NCBI RefSeq assembly: GCF_037042905.1
Contig: NC_087251.1
Coordinates: 14,882,001 to 14,946,000 of the forward strand
Reading direction: 5' to 3'
From: Lytechinus pictus
Taxonomy: Eukaryota
DNA length: 64,000 bases
The position numbers and the translations under genes are program-made. Shown here piece after piece: positions 63,726 to 64,000 of this stretch. Position 1 is the stretch's first letter, and every line of letters starts with the position of its first letter. The notes below the pieces were generated by a model. It was not told where the DNA came from. It saw only the letters and a program-made list of their open reading frames with translations, and searched no databases.

Positions 63726-64000
63726 TGGCGACACTGATTGGAATTATCATTGCATGTAATCTGTGTGTAATTACTCCCATGATCTGGCCTTGGTTCTTTG
63801 TATTCAATCCAATCTATTCCGATATGCCCTTTGATCCCTGCAATAAGAAGTAGGTCTATACTTTGGAATTGGTTGAATCAATGCTCACTGAAAAGCTGAC
63901 ATCAATTTGCTATGAATTGTCTTGTTACAATATCCTGCAGGATGATTTATTTCTATTATCAATATGTACATGCATAAAATGTGAAGATACTTCACTTCAA

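Noticed and set aside
63154..63853. Several hydrophobic/proline-rich ORFs
   Set aside because: Artefacts of the CT-rich low-complexity tract.

Overview
Eukaryotic, AT-rich, intron-containing genomic DNA. Repeat types and gene structure suggest a deuterostome invertebrate, probably a sea urchin (inference). Two protein-coding genes lie on the minus strand. The first is a complete 14-coding-exon TMEM62 orthologue (CDS 7539-29778, 649 aa by manual splicing). It has a calcineurin-like metallophosphoesterase domain plus C-terminal TM segments and one GC-AG intron. The second is the first coding exon of TRAPPC6 (566-646), which continues off the left edge. The rest is non-coding and dense in transposable elements: a 5'-truncated L1/Tx1-type LINE inserted in a ~105-bp satellite, a decayed CR1-type LINE interrupted by two hAT-like elements, a Helentron-like (HINE/DINE-type) element carrying a tRNA-like cassette, a tRNA-derived SINE and many MITEs. 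A CCAAT-rich promoter-like element at ~33.3 kb and a T-rich + strand from ~48 kb hint at a divergently transcribed gene whose coding exons were not identified. I found no unambiguous new biological system; the best leads are the composite/nested mobile elements and the orphan promoter. All coordinates were read by hand and may be off by a few bases.
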